NCBI GenBank assembly: GCA_963822145.1
Contig: CAWGGG010000004.1
Span: 1,252,972-1,316,971, forward strand
Origin: an uncultured Bacteroidales bacterium
Lineage (GTDB): Bacteria > Bacteroidota > Bacteroidia > Bacteroidales > UBA10428
Direction of reading: 5' to 3'
DNA length: 64,000 nt
The position numbers and the translations under genes are program-made. This document shows positions 8,738-18,714 of this stretch, piece after piece (the stretch's first letter is position 1; each line of letters starts with the position of its first letter). The notes below the pieces were generated by a model, which was not told where the DNA came from, ran no database searches, and worked only from the letters and a program-made list of their open reading frames with translations.

Positions 8738-9760
8738 ATGAAAGTAATTAACATTAATTTCCTAAAACACTTATCTATCCTTTGTTTTCTGGTTCTGACA
8801 GTATATGCCTGTGAAAAACCGGAACCGCAGATTGCAATTGAAACCGGAAGCATTATTGATATAAGCTATTCCAATGTTACCGTTACAGGCAATATCATTG
8901 ATATCGGTGAAGGAATAGAAAATTACGGACATATTGCAGCCACTGACAGCGCTTTCACGGTTAATGTGAAAAAATCAACTTTGTACCATCCATTCGAAAC
9001 AGGAGTATATTCATCCACGATTTACGGACTTACACCGAATACATTATATTATGTGCGCGCTTATGCAACCTTTTCAACGGATACGGTTTATGGAAAATGG
9101 GTTGACTTTACCACTATTCAGCAGGAAACCGGAACTTTTACGGATAGCCGTGACGGACAAGAATATGGTTGGGCAACTATTGGCCTCCAGCAATGGATGA
9201 CTGAGAATCTGGCCTATTTGCCTGCTGTCAGCCCGTCATCTGAAGGGTCATATCATTCACCCTGTTATTATGTTTATGGATATGAAGGTACTTCCCTAAC
9301 CTCAGCAAAAGCTGAAAGCAATTACTCAACCTACGGGGTATTGTATAACTGGCCGGCGGCTATGGACGGGGCAAGCAGCAGTAGCAGCAATCCAAGTGGT
9401 GTGCAGGGGGTATGCCCGAGTGGCTGGCATTTGCCGAGCGATGCTGAATGGGCGGAGTTAACTCTTTTTATAGGTGGTGAACGTGTTGCAGGCGGCAGAT
9501 TAAAGGAATCCGGATATGATCATTTCTGGTTCCCCAATACCGATGCAACCAATGAACAAGGGTTCACCGCGCTTCCGGGCGGTTACCGCAAAGACGGTGG
9601 TACGTTCATTAGAATTGGGCAGGTCGGTGTTTGGTGGTCGGCTACGGAGGTTTATATGGGGAGTGCTGAGACCGTGAGCATGGGCTACCTGGGTGCAGCG
9701 GTAAACCCTTATTTTCACGTCAATGAGGTTGGGATTAGTGTCCGGTGCGTTAAGGATTGA
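8738..9760 (+). CDS. FISUMP (Fibrobacter succinogenes major paralogous domain) lipoprotein
   Basis: 340-aa ORF. It has a signal peptide with a lipobox-like VYAC. Hallmark FISUMP motifs are present: TDSRDGQEYGWATIG.QQWMTENL, YGVLYNW.AA, CPSGWHLPSDAEW, GFTALPGGYR, WWSATE and a C-terminal SVRCVKD. Confidence 0.85.
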   Translation: MKVININFLKHLSILCFLVLTVYACEKPEPQIAIETGSIIDISYSNVTVTGNIIDIGEGIENYGHIAATDSAFTVNVKKSTLYHPFETGVYSSTIYGLTPNTLYYVRAYATFSTDTVYGKWVDFTTIQQETGTFTDSRDGQEYGWATIGLQQWMTENLAYLPAVSPSSEGSYHSPCYYVYGYEGTSLTSAKAESNYSTYGVLYNWPAAMDGASSSSSNPSGVQGVCPSGWHLPSDAEWAELTLFIGGERVAGGRLKESGYDHFWFPNTDATNEQGFTALPGGYRKDGGTFIRIGQVGVWWSATEVYMGSAETVSMGYLGAAVNPYFHVNEVGISVRCVKD

Positions 9761-9827
9761 TTTATTTGGTAATTTGCTTGAATTTAAATTCCAATAATAG
9801 AAAACCCTTCGGACCGCAACAATATTT

Positions 9828-9855
9828 AAAGCCTGGAATTGTTCCGGGCTTTTTC
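9828..9855 (+). terminator. Rho-independent terminator-like hairpin after the FISUMP gene
   Basis: AAAGCCTGGAA, loop TTG, TTCCGGGCTTT, followed by a T-run; the stem has one G-U pair. Confidence 0.6.
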
Positions 9856-10045
9856 AGTTTTAATATGGGACGAGAAGTTCATCCCGCCGTGACCACAGAA
9901 TAGGCAGGTCAGCCCCTGTTGATCTTTAGATTGACGCGGTTTTTTTTATGTGATATTGAATTTCCGGTATTCGCTATAAAATATTAGTTTTGAGGAAAAA
10001 TTTATATCAAATAATTTTCGCGATTAAACTGCAAAAATAAGCCGG

Positions 10046-12319
10046 ATGGAAAACATGTTCAAAACGGTATTGAAGATCAGATGGCTGATCATTTTCATGG
10101 TGGTAGGCATTACTGTCTATTTAGCCTACCAGATTCCAAAAATCAGGATTAATTCGGATGTGATCAGTTCATTGCCTGATAACGATCCTGATGCGGTGCT
10201 GATAAAAAAGATAGGGGCTCAGTTTGGCGGGAACAGGATGGGGATGATCATTCTGGAATCTGATAATATATACACACCCGAAGTGCTTGCCCATGTCAGG
10301 CAGATTTCCGATACGGTGTCTCGTATTGAAGGCATCTCATCGGTAACCAGTCTGACCAACATGATGGATATCAAAGCGGGTGAATTTGGAATGGAGATTG
10401 GTCAATTGATAGATGAGAATAATCATCCGGAATCACTTGAAGATTTTAACGCACTGAAAAAAAGGCTGTTATCTAAGGACATGTATAGAGGATCCGTTGT
10501 TTCAGAGGATGGAACAGCTACAATTATTTTGTTTACCCTTTTTGATGATGCCGATATACAATCAGTAGCCAATGCAGTGAAAGACAAAACCGAATCGCTC
10601 CATCTGCCTGAACGAATGTATTATGCCGGATCACCCATGATGATCACCTCCATCGCTCATCTGATCTCGGCAGACCTGACCCGGTTGCTTCCCGTCGCCT
10701 TCCTTTTGATAGCCCTTGTCCTTTTTCTGGGCTTCCGTTCATTCAGGGGGTTGATACTGCCTTTGCTTACCGCGATTATTGCTATCATCTGGGTCCTCGG
10801 AATTATGTCGCTTACTGGATCGGAGATGAGCATGGTTTCCAACAATATACCCATTGTTTTACTGGCAGTTGGCACTGCCTATGCCATCCATGTGCTGAAC
10901 CGGATAGACCAGGTGAAGGGGAAGCTCGATCGGGCTATCATAGTTGCCCTCACCTATGTTACTATTCCTGTCATTCTGGCTGCACTGACTACTATTGCCG
11001 GTTTTATCTCTTTCCTATTCGGTTCTTATCTTACCATGATCATGGATTTTGGATTATATACGGCACTGGGAACATTTTTCGCCCTGGTTCTTTCTTTGTT
11101 TTTTGTTCCAGCAATAATTTCGGTTTTCTCATGGAAAAATATAAACAAAACGCGTGAAGACAGGAAAGGCAAGGCTTATTTATCCATTTATTTCCTGGAT
11201 CCGATCCAGAAACTTTTATTTAAACATACTAAAGCCATCCTGGTAATCTGGATCCTACTGACTGTTATCAGCATAGGGGGTATTTTTCTTATTAAAAGGA
11301 ATGTTGACATCAGGAATTATTTCAAAAAGGATAACCCGACCCGGGTTGCTGAAGATATCATGAACAGGAAATTTGGGGGGACAAAACCTGTTTTTGTATT
11401 GTTTAAAGGCGATATCCAAAGCCCGGAACTGCTGAACACCATGCTCAGGGCTGAGGAATACATGAAACAGGATCCGGGTGTCGTTACCACCCAATCGGTT
11501 GCTGATCTTATTGTTGAATTAAATGCTGCTCTGGGTGAGGGTAAGAAAATTCCTGATGAAAAGGATAAAATCGAACAATTATGGTTTTTACTCGATGGAA
11601 ACGAGATGATGCAGAAGTTTGTATCAGAAGATCAAAATGAAGCCATTATCATCTCAAAGTTTCAATCTACCGAGAATAAAGATAAGCAAGCATTCGGAGC
11701 TTATATGGAAAAGTTCATCGAAGAAAACTCAACAGCAGCCTGTACCATTGAAATAACCGGAATGCCCTTTATTGATGTCACCATGGATAGAAGTTTGATT
11801 TACAGTCAGGCTGGTAGTCTGGCTATAGCCCTTATTTTTGTTATCATTATTGTAGGCGCTATTTTGCGTTCTTTTATCGCAGGTATCTATGCAGCCATAC
11901 CGATCATTTCGGCAATCATTATCCTTTTCGGGATCATGGGTTATGCCGGCATTCCGCTGAATATAGTTACCGTACTGGTTGCCAGTATTGCCGTTGGGAT
12001 TGGCATTGATTATTCGATACACGTCATCACGCATTTTAATGATTCCATAAAAAAGGGCGCTTCGATCGCCCAGGCATTGAAAGATACGATCGGGATCAGC
12101 GGGAAAGCAATAATCATTAATGTTAGTTCAGTTTCAGTGGGATTTCTTGTACTGCTCTTCTCCGAAATGGTCCCGCTGCAATATTTTGGATTGCTGATAT
12201 TCCTGAGCATGGTTGCCTCAGGTCTGGCTGCCTTAACATTCCTGCCAGTGATCCTGATACTTGCCCACCGGCGAGATAAAGTTATTCAAACCCGCGTAAA
12301 AAGTAAAAATCAGTCTTAA
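10046..12319 (+). CDS. MMPL/RND-superfamily exporter permease
   Basis: 757-aa ORF with two blocks of about 6 TM helices separated by soluble domains. This is the typical predicted-RND-exporter architecture, and the gene sits next to a LolA-like gene. Confidence 0.8.
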   Translation: MENMFKTVLKIRWLIIFMVVGITVYLAYQIPKIRINSDVISSLPDNDPDAVLIKKIGAQFGGNRMGMIILESDNIYTPEVLAHVRQISDTVSRIEGISSVTSLTNMMDIKAGEFGMEIGQLIDENNHPESLEDFNALKKRLLSKDMYRGSVVSEDGTATIILFTLFDDADIQSVANAVKDKTESLHLPERMYYAGSPMMITSIAHLISADLTRLLPVAFLLIALVLFLGFRSFRGLILPLLTAIIAIIWVLGIMSLTGSEMSMVSNNIPIVLLAVGTAYAIHVLNRIDQVKGKLDRAIIVALTYVTIPVILAALTTIAGFISFLFGSYLTMIMDFGLYTALGTFFALVLSLFFVPAIISVFSWKNINKTREDRKGKAYLSIYFLDPIQKLLFKHTKAILVIWILLTVISIGGIFLIKRNVDIRNYFKKDNPTRVAEDIMNRKFGGTKPVFVLFKGDIQSPELLNTMLRAEEYMKQDPGVVTTQSVADLIVELNAALGEGKKIPDEKDKIEQLWFLLDGNEMMQKFVSEDQNEAIIISKFQSTENKDKQAFGAYMEKFIEENSTAACTIEITGMPFIDVTMDRSLIYSQAGSLAIALIFVIIIVGAILRSFIAGIYAAIPIISAIIILFGIMGYAGIPLNIVTVLVASIAVGIGIDYSIHVITHFNDSIKKGASIAQALKDTIGISGKAIIINVSSVSVGFLVLLFSEMVPLQYFGLLIFLSMVASGLAALTFLPVILILAHRRDKVIQTRVKSKNQS

Positions 12320-12381
12320 CAAAATTGTAATACAGGTGTTCCTTAAGAAAATACTGAAATAGAGCATTAAACAATCAACTA

Positions 12382-13140
12382 ATGAAAACTTACAAATATT
12401 CAAGCCTTCTTTTAATTGCATTACTTTTTGCCGTTTTGATGGATGCAGCATCCCAGGATGCCAAAACTGTCCTGGATAATATGGATAAGATCATCTTCTC
12501 TCCAAAGGATAAACAGGCCAAGGTTACCATGATTTTGACCGATAAATTCGGCAAAGAAAAGGTGCGCGAAGCGGTTTTGCTGCAAAAAGGAACCGATAAA
12601 AAACTATACCGTTACACCAAGCCGGAATCTCAAGCCGGAATTGCCACATTGTCCTTATCCAGTGATGTCATGTGGCTCTACATGCCAGCATTTGAAAAAC
12701 CCAAGAAAATCTCCATGCTTGCCAAGGGTCAATCCTTCAACAATACAGATTTCTCATACGAAGACATGGTAACGACACCTTACGGAGAGCGCTATACGGC
12801 GAGTGCCTTGGTGACCGGCAAGGATGTTTTTGTGCTTACTCTCATTCCCAAGTCGAATAAATCGGCTTATTCAAAAATCATTGCCAAAATCAACAAATCA
12901 TACGGGTATCCAATATCGATGGAATTTTACAATGGCAGCGGGATTAAGTTCAAGGAATCAGTTTACCGGTATGAAAAAATTGGCCGGTATTGGAATGCAA
13001 CGGAGTTAGTAATGAAGGATCTCGAGAGAAATCACAGCACCAAAATTCTGTTATCGGATGTAAAATTTGACCAGGGCCTGGCAGATGATCTTTTTACAGT
13101 GGAAAACCTGAAGCCCTCAGGAACCAAAGAAGCCAATTAG
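12382..13140 (+). CDS. Outer-membrane lipoprotein-sorting (LolA-like) protein
   Basis: 252-aa ORF with a signal peptide. The motif order is typical of the LolA_like family: DAKTVLDNMD...KGTDKKLYRYTKPESQAGIATL...WLYMPAFEKPKKIS...SFNNTDFSYEDM. Confidence 0.75.
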   Translation: MKTYKYSSLLLIALLFAVLMDAASQDAKTVLDNMDKIIFSPKDKQAKVTMILTDKFGKEKVREAVLLQKGTDKKLYRYTKPESQAGIATLSLSSDVMWLYMPAFEKPKKISMLAKGQSFNNTDFSYEDMVTTPYGERYTASALVTGKDVFVLTLIPKSNKSAYSKIIAKINKSYGYPISMEFYNGSGIKFKESVYRYEKIGRYWNATELVMKDLERNHSTKILLSDVKFDQGLADDLFTVENLKPSGTKEAN

Positions 13141-13189
13141 TATTATCCGTCATACAGGCCAATCCTTGTATTTAGACTATGAAAGTAGT

Positions 13190-13723
13190 CTATACTCTAA
13201 AAAAACTGAAATGCACGCTGCCATAATTACGTTCTTGATGAAACCGGGAGTGGTGATGAAAGTGGTGGGTTCTGGAATGTTCGAGGATAAACCATCCCCC
13301 ATCAATCAGTAATTGGTGTTGGAAAACTTTGTCCGGTATCTCTTCCAGGTTAATTAAATCATAGGGTGGATCAGCAAAAATAAGGTGGTATTGTTTTTTG
13401 CAGATGGAAAGGAACCTGAATACGTCCATCCTTACCGGGTGAATCTGCTGCATCTGCAGTTCCGCCGCTACCCTGGCGATGAAGCGGACTGACCGGCTGT
13501 TAATATCCACCAGATCAATCTCACGGCAACCTCTTGAAGCAAATTCAAAGCTTATGCTGCCTGTACCCGAAAAGAGATCAAGAACGCGGATTTCCTCAAA
13601 GTCAAAGTGATTGGCCAGAATATTAAATAAAGCTTCACGGGCAAAATCAGTGGTAGGTCTTCCGTCAAAGCCCTTGCTGACCTCTATTTTTCTGCCCCTG
13701 TATGTTCCTCCGACAATACGCAA
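13190..13723 (-). CDS. rsmD: 16S rRNA (guanine966-N2)-methyltransferase RsmD
   Basis: 177-aa ORF. N-terminus (TTG)RIVGGTYRGRKI, SAM motif LDLFSGTGSISFE and catalytic FADPPY. The only available start is a TTG. Confidence 0.8.
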   Translation of the reverse strand: MRIVGGTYRGRKIEVSKGFDGRPTTDFAREALFNILANHFDFEEIRVLDLFSGTGSISFEFASRGCREIDLVDINSRSVRFIARVAAELQMQQIHPVRMDVFRFLSICKKQYHLIFADPPYDLINLEEIPDKVFQHQLLIDGGWFILEHSRTHHFHHHSRFHQERNYGSVHFSFFRV

Positions 13724-14565
13724 GCTTGAAGGTTTAACAGATTAAGAAATCTAACTGCCCGGAGTTGATCAAGACCAGGAGCCAGCGCGGGAATCCCCTG
13801 AACTGCAGTAAAAACTGTCCCGGATATATATTGCTTCAGTATTTCAAAATAGCTCATTCTGGAGCTTTGCTCACCTGAAATGAAAAGCGGGACTTTCTGC
13901 GGCTCATACCCCAATTGTTTATAAGCATACAATACATAATACAAGAGATCGCTTTCACTGACATACTGAAACGTATTATAAAGCTGAAGCTTACCATCAT
14001 CCATGGCAGCCAGATCAAAAAATCCGTTATTCAGTCCTGCAAATACTGCAGGTTTTGAGTAAGCTTTCTGACTGGCAGCGATGTGCATCAGAAAGGGTGT
14101 TGTCTGGTTTAAAAATGTAACTTCTTTAAAGTGCAGCGAAATCATTGAAACCAGATCCCGCTGAAATGCATAAACATTGTAAATTTCCAAGGGGGCCACA
14201 AAACTGCTGAAGATTTCATGGTCCACCTCACCGGCATGATTAAATGCCAGATAGTCTGTCATTTTGTCCCGGCTAAAAAAGGTGGCCGGTATCAGGGTGG
14301 ATTGCTGGGTATACCCAAGAAAAACTACCTTCTGAAAATAAAGGCTCAGGATATCATCTTTCTCAAAAACCTCACCGATCTGGGTAATCAGATCCTCAAC
14401 AAGATGAACATTTTTAAAATTATGTCCTCTGAAAAGGAGATAATGTCCTGCCTTATTGTTAAAAACACAATAAATGAGTCCATTCTGATTTGCCTGTATC
14501 GACAAGGAATACGTTTCCGATGCATCCTTTTGAAAGGTCCGGTCAATAAAATTAATATCCTGCAT
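13684..14565 (-). CDS. DUF3822-like protein (conserved Bacteroidetes neighbour of rsmD)
   Basis: 293-aa ORF that overlaps the rsmD start by 40 nt. The N-terminal pattern YSLSIQANQNGLIYCVF recalls DUF3822. This assignment is from memory only. Confidence 0.5.
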   Translation of the reverse strand: MQDINFIDRTFQKDASETYSLSIQANQNGLIYCVFNNKAGHYLLFRGHNFKNVHLVEDLITQIGEVFEKDDILSLYFQKVVFLGYTQQSTLIPATFFSRDKMTDYLAFNHAGEVDHEIFSSFVAPLEIYNVYAFQRDLVSMISLHFKEVTFLNQTTPFLMHIAASQKAYSKPAVFAGLNNGFFDLAAMDDGKLQLYNTFQYVSESDLLYYVLYAYKQLGYEPQKVPLFISGEQSSRMSYFEILKQYISGTVFTAVQGIPALAPGLDQLRAVRFLNLLNLQACVLSEEHTGAEK

Positions 14566-14705
14566 GTGTCACAATTTCACCCATCAAATACTACAGCTAA
14601 AAAAAGGTAATCCCAGGATTATACCATAACTGCGAATTTAAGTAAAAATCCAACACCGGTAATTCGTTTAATAAATAACTTTGTCCGGTTACAAGCCATA
14701 CCTGC

Positions 14706-16118
14706 ATGCTTTCGCAATTTCTCCGCCAGCTCATACAACAATACCTGGGTCATGATCCCACACCCGGACAGGTTGATCTGATGCATAAACTGGCCGCATA
14801 CATACTCAATCCTGAAAGCAGCAAAGCATTTATAGTAAAAGGGTATGCCGGTACCGGCAAAACCTCGTTGATCAGCGCACTGGTGAAAGCACTTGAAGAA
14901 ATGAAAGTGAAAACCCTTTTACTTGCACCTACCGGAAGGGCTGCCAAGGTTTTTTCGTCTTATGCGGGAAAGGGAGCCTATACCATTCACAGGAAGATAT
15001 ACCGGCAGAAGTCGTCCAACGACGGCTTCGGAGAGTTTGAACTGAACAGGAACCTTTCCAATGATCTTATTATCCTGGTGGATGAGGCTTCTATGATTTC
15101 AGACACCGTTGCAGAAGATAAGATTTTCGGCTCTGGCCGTTTACTGGCCGACCTGATCAGTTTTGTTAATGATGGTAGGAATTGCAGGCTGGTACTGATT
15201 GGAGATACCGCTCAGCTGCCGCCTGTTGGCATTGCTTTGAGTCCCGCACTCGATAAAAATGAGCTTTCCCTTTATATGCCCGTTGCAGGCGAAGCCATGC
15301 TTACTGATATTGTACGCCAGAACCAGGAATCCGGAATCCTGGTAAATGCAACCGTGGTCAGAAATCTAATTGCAGCAGATAATTTATCCTTGCCGCGGTT
15401 GAAAAACCTGAACCATACCGATATCCGCTTTATCTCGGGGCAAGAATTGACGGAATGTCTCGAAAAGGCTTATGACAAATACGGTCATGAAGAAGTAATG
15501 GTCCTTTGCAGGTCGAACAAAAAGGCAAACCAGTATAACCAAGGCATCAGAAAGCAGGTGCTGTTCAGGGAGGAAGAAATTGTCAGTGGCGATTTACTGA
15601 TGGTGGTAAAAAACAACTATTTCTGGGTTACCGGCAAGCCCGACCTGGATTTTATTGCCAATGGTGATATGGTAAAAGTACTGAAAATCAAAAAATATAT
15701 TGAAAGATACGACTTCCGGTATGCTCTTGTTCAACTGCACCTGGTGGATTATGGCATTGATTTCGAAGGCTGGATAATGCTGGATACACTAACCGTAGAA
15801 TCAGCTGCATTGAGTCGCGAAGACAGTTACAGGCTCTACCAGTGCGTTCTTGAGGATTACAATCATCTCGACACGAGGAAGAAACAATACAAAGCTGTAA
15901 AGGAAGATCCCTTTTTCAATGCCCTCCAGGTAAAATTCGCCTATGCCGTTACCTGTCACAAGGCCCAGGGCGGACAATGGAAATCCGTGTTCATCGACCA
16001 GGGCTATGTAACCGCTGAGAGAATTGATTTAGAATACCTGAGATGGTTGTACACGGCTATCACAAGGGCGACCGAGGAGCTTTACTTTGTGAATTTCCCT
16101 AATGAGAGTTTGGAATAA
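14706..16118 (+). CDS. RecD/PIF1-like ATP-dependent DNA helicase (AAA_30 / UvrD_C_2 type)
   Basis: 470-aa ORF. Motifs: Walker A GYAGTGKTSLISAL, Walker B ILVDEASMI, GDTAQLPPV and a C-terminal YAVTCHKAQGGQW. Confidence 0.8.
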   Translation: MLSQFLRQLIQQYLGHDPTPGQVDLMHKLAAYILNPESSKAFIVKGYAGTGKTSLISALVKALEEMKVKTLLLAPTGRAAKVFSSYAGKGAYTIHRKIYRQKSSNDGFGEFELNRNLSNDLIILVDEASMISDTVAEDKIFGSGRLLADLISFVNDGRNCRLVLIGDTAQLPPVGIALSPALDKNELSLYMPVAGEAMLTDIVRQNQESGILVNATVVRNLIAADNLSLPRLKNLNHTDIRFISGQELTECLEKAYDKYGHEEVMVLCRSNKKANQYNQGIRKQVLFREEEIVSGDLLMVVKNNYFWVTGKPDLDFIANGDMVKVLKIKKYIERYDFRYALVQLHLVDYGIDFEGWIMLDTLTVESAALSREDSYRLYQCVLEDYNHLDTRKKQYKAVKEDPFFNALQVKFAYAVTCHKAQGGQWKSVFIDQGYVTAERIDLEYLRWLYTAITRATEELYFVNFPNESLE

Positions 16119-16206
16119 TGTGCTAATGTGCAAATGTGCTAATGTGCAAATGTGCTAATGTGCAAATGTGCAAATGTGCAAATGGGCTGATGTGCAAATG
16201 GGCAAA
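16119..16206 (+). repeat. Tandem octamer array (TGTGCWAA) x11 starting directly after the helicase stop codon
   Basis: Units read at 16119, 16127, ... 16199: tgtgctaa/tgtgcaaa alternating, then tgggctga, tgtgcaaa, tgggcaaa. Confidence 0.95.
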
Positions 16207-16229
16207 TGTTCCGGTCACCGTTGGACTAC

Positions 16230-16259
16230 AGCCTTTTAGCCTTTAGCCTAAAAGCCTTT
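16230..16259 (+). repeat. Short tandem array AGCCTTT(T)/AGCCTAAA x4, 9 nt from the stop of the minus-strand receptor gene
   Basis: agcctttt agccttt agcctaaa agccttt, read at 16230-16259. Confidence 0.8.
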
Positions 16260-16268
16260 GTCATGTTA

Positions 16269-18653
16269 TTAAAAATCAATCCTGTAACTGATATTCGGAA
16301 TTACTACAGCCTCCTCATGGGGTTCTGTGAGTCCGGTTCTAAAATTATACCTGTAACCATAAAATTCCTTTTGAAACAGGAGGTTAACGAATTGTACCGA
16401 CCAGGTTGAGGAATGTCTGGGTTTGTTCTTTTGCCATGATGCTGTGAAATCAAGATAATAAACCGCAGGCTCCTGATCGGAATATGCGTGGTTTTCATCG
16501 TATACTACGTCCTTTGCGAGAGCAGAAGCGTCTTCATCAACTGGACTCATCCGGTCCCCGCCCAGCAGGCTGAATCTCCAGTTTATGCCCAGGGTGTTGT
16601 TTTTGCCTTTCCCTGTTTTCCATTCTTTCCCAAAGAGAAGATTGACCACGTAATTCCTGTTGAATCGGGTATTCCTCTCTATCCCATCGCCGCCGGTATA
16701 CCTGGAATCAAACAATGAGGCAGTAAAAAGGTAGTAATAGCCAGCCTGCAGAAACCGTTCAAGAGTTATGTCTACGCCATAATTTTCGCCTGAGCCATTA
16801 TTTACCAGAGAATCATTGAAAAACCAGTCCATTTCAAGGTTCGTCATGGAAAATGATGTGCCTTTGATCACGGGAACATCATAGAGATACTGATAAAATG
16901 GTTCGATCCGTAACCGGCTGAATTCACCTGTAGCTATTTCATAGGCCATAACCCAATGCTGCGCTTTAGTAAAAGTCAGGTTTTTATTGGGTTGGACTAT
17001 TCCTGTTGGAAGCGTTTGCTGGGCAAGATAAAATTGTATTGGTTCCAGACGGCTGTGCAAACCATATGCCAGGCTAAGAGATTGCTTCTGGGATAGCTTC
17101 CATTTCGCGCTGACCCTGGGCTCCAGGGTCGCATTATTGCTGAGGGTAAGGAACTGCGAATGCAGACCTAAATTGATCATCCAATTCGGAGATAGCTCTA
17201 TTCTTGATTGGGAATAGAATTGAAACAGGTTACTTCCTCCTTTTTCATCCGCAAAGGTTTGGAGCGACAGATCATCAGCCGTTGACTTCAGCAAAACATC
17301 ATAGGATAATCTGTTATAAATAAAGCCTGTACGGTTTGTATGCCGGGGACTGAATTTATGGTTGAGAAGCAGACTGAGTGAATATTTTGTGAGATTTTGG
17401 GCAATTTCATCCTTCGGGTAGAAGACCATAGCCGTATTTAACCTTTCACGGAACCAATAGATATCATTACCGGTGATTGCTGCAGAGGTGTTCAGGTAAG
17501 TCCTTTCAGAGATGATAACCTTATGATTAATACCCACCACACCCATGCGGTTTTTATTAACATCTTCTTCAACATCCTGATAATATTGCCATTCTGTAGA
17601 ATCTGTTTTTACCTCTGAACCGCTGACATCTGCGGACAGAAGACCCCACAAACAAAGCGTCCCGGACTTTCCCATCGGAAAATTCAGTTTAAAAGCCAAA
17701 TCCTGGTACCGGATACCCCTTGCATTCTCCGGAAGCAAAGGAGAAATCAGGGAAAGCGTTGAATATCGGTAATTAAAAAGATAGGAGGCCTTTTTACCCC
17801 TTACAAATGGACCCTCCGTGGAAAGGTCGATACCTGTTAACCCGGCTTTAACAGTATACTCACGTTTTTCATAATTTCCTGTGCGCATTTTCATATCAAA
17901 TACCCCCGACAAAGCATTTCCATACTCTGCCGGGAAAGCCCCGGTGTAAAAATCAGAATTAGTCAGCATTTGAGAACTTAATGCCGTTATCCCGCCTCCT
18001 CCGAAAGCTGTAACATTGGCAAAATGGCTTGGATTGGGTATTTCTACACCCTCCATCCTCCAGAGGAGTCCTTTTGGAGCGTTCCCGCGAATTACGATAG
18101 CGTTGGAAGATAAGGAACCAGCCACACCTGCGAATGAAGAGGCAAGCCGGGATGGGTCATCAATACCTCCTGCATAGCGTGAAGCTTCTTCCATGGTGAG
18201 TTGCCTGGCGCTGATCATCGCCATTGGATTAACTGCCTGTTCTTTATTCGAATAGGCCTTTACTTCAACCTGTTGCAAATTTACAGTGGATTCTTTCAAG
18301 GATACCTGCAGAACCACTTCTTTCCCGCTCAAAACCAATACCTCCGATCTAACCAGAGGCTCATAACCAACAAAGCTGAATTTCAGACTGTACCTGCCAA
18401 CCGGCACAGAGGTGAGTCTGAAATTTCCATTGACATCAGTCGTTGTTCCGATTACCGGATCCGTGCCAAGAATCATTACTGTAGCACCTGGTAAAGGAAT
18501 TTGTGAATCCAGATCCAACACAACTCCTTTGATGGTTTGTGTAAGGTTTTGTGAATAGACTCCTGTACCAATAGAAAACGAAGTAAAAATCACTATCCTG
18601 AGAATCGTGCCGGGAATTTGGAATATCTTTTTTTTCATCCTGATGATTTTCAT
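16269..18653 (-). CDS. TonB-dependent-receptor-like outer-membrane beta-barrel with an N-terminal carboxypeptidase-regulatory-like domain
   Basis: About 794-aa ORF. It has a signal peptide and a CarboxypepD_reg motif (IKGVVLDLDSQIPLPGATVMILGTDPVIGTTTDVNGNFRLTSVPVGRYSLKFSFVGYEP), and the C-terminal residue is aromatic (F). The track start at 18665 is a TTG; the first ATG is at 18653. Confidence 0.75.
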   Translation of the reverse strand: MKIIRMKKKIFQIPGTILRIVIFTSFSIGTGVYSQNLTQTIKGVVLDLDSQIPLPGATVMILGTDPVIGTTTDVNGNFRLTSVPVGRYSLKFSFVGYEPLVRSEVLVLSGKEVVLQVSLKESTVNLQQVEVKAYSNKEQAVNPMAMISARQLTMEEASRYAGGIDDPSRLASSFAGVAGSLSSNAIVIRGNAPKGLLWRMEGVEIPNPSHFANVTAFGGGGITALSSQMLTNSDFYTGAFPAEYGNALSGVFDMKMRTGNYEKREYTVKAGLTGIDLSTEGPFVRGKKASYLFNYRYSTLSLISPLLPENARGIRYQDLAFKLNFPMGKSGTLCLWGLLSADVSGSEVKTDSTEWQYYQDVEEDVNKNRMGVVGINHKVIISERTYLNTSAAITGNDIYWFRERLNTAMVFYPKDEIAQNLTKYSLSLLLNHKFSPRHTNRTGFIYNRLSYDVLLKSTADDLSLQTFADEKGGSNLFQFYSQSRIELSPNWMINLGLHSQFLTLSNNATLEPRVSAKWKLSQKQSLSLAYGLHSRLEPIQFYLAQQTLPTGIVQPNKNLTFTKAQHWVMAYEIATGEFSRLRIEPFYQYLYDVPVIKGTSFSMTNLEMDWFFNDSLVNNGSGENYGVDITLERFLQAGYYYLFTASLFDSRYTGGDGIERNTRFNRNYVVNLLFGKEWKTGKGKNNTLGINWRFSLLGGDRMSPVDEDASALAKDVVYDENHAYSDQEPAVYYLDFTASWQKNKPRHSSTWSVQFVNLLFQKEFYGYRYNFRTGLTEPHEEAVVIPNISYRIDF

Positions 18654-18714
18654 ATTTTTGAACAAAGTAACTTTCAGGGAGTGAAATTTGAAATCCTGAT
18701 AAATCAGTATATTT

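Noticed and set aside
13173-13192. A 7-bp AT-rich hairpin TAGACTA/TAGTCTA between the LolA-like gene and rsmD.
   Set aside because: The stem is too short and weak, and it overlaps the rsmD stop. I cannot support it as a terminator.
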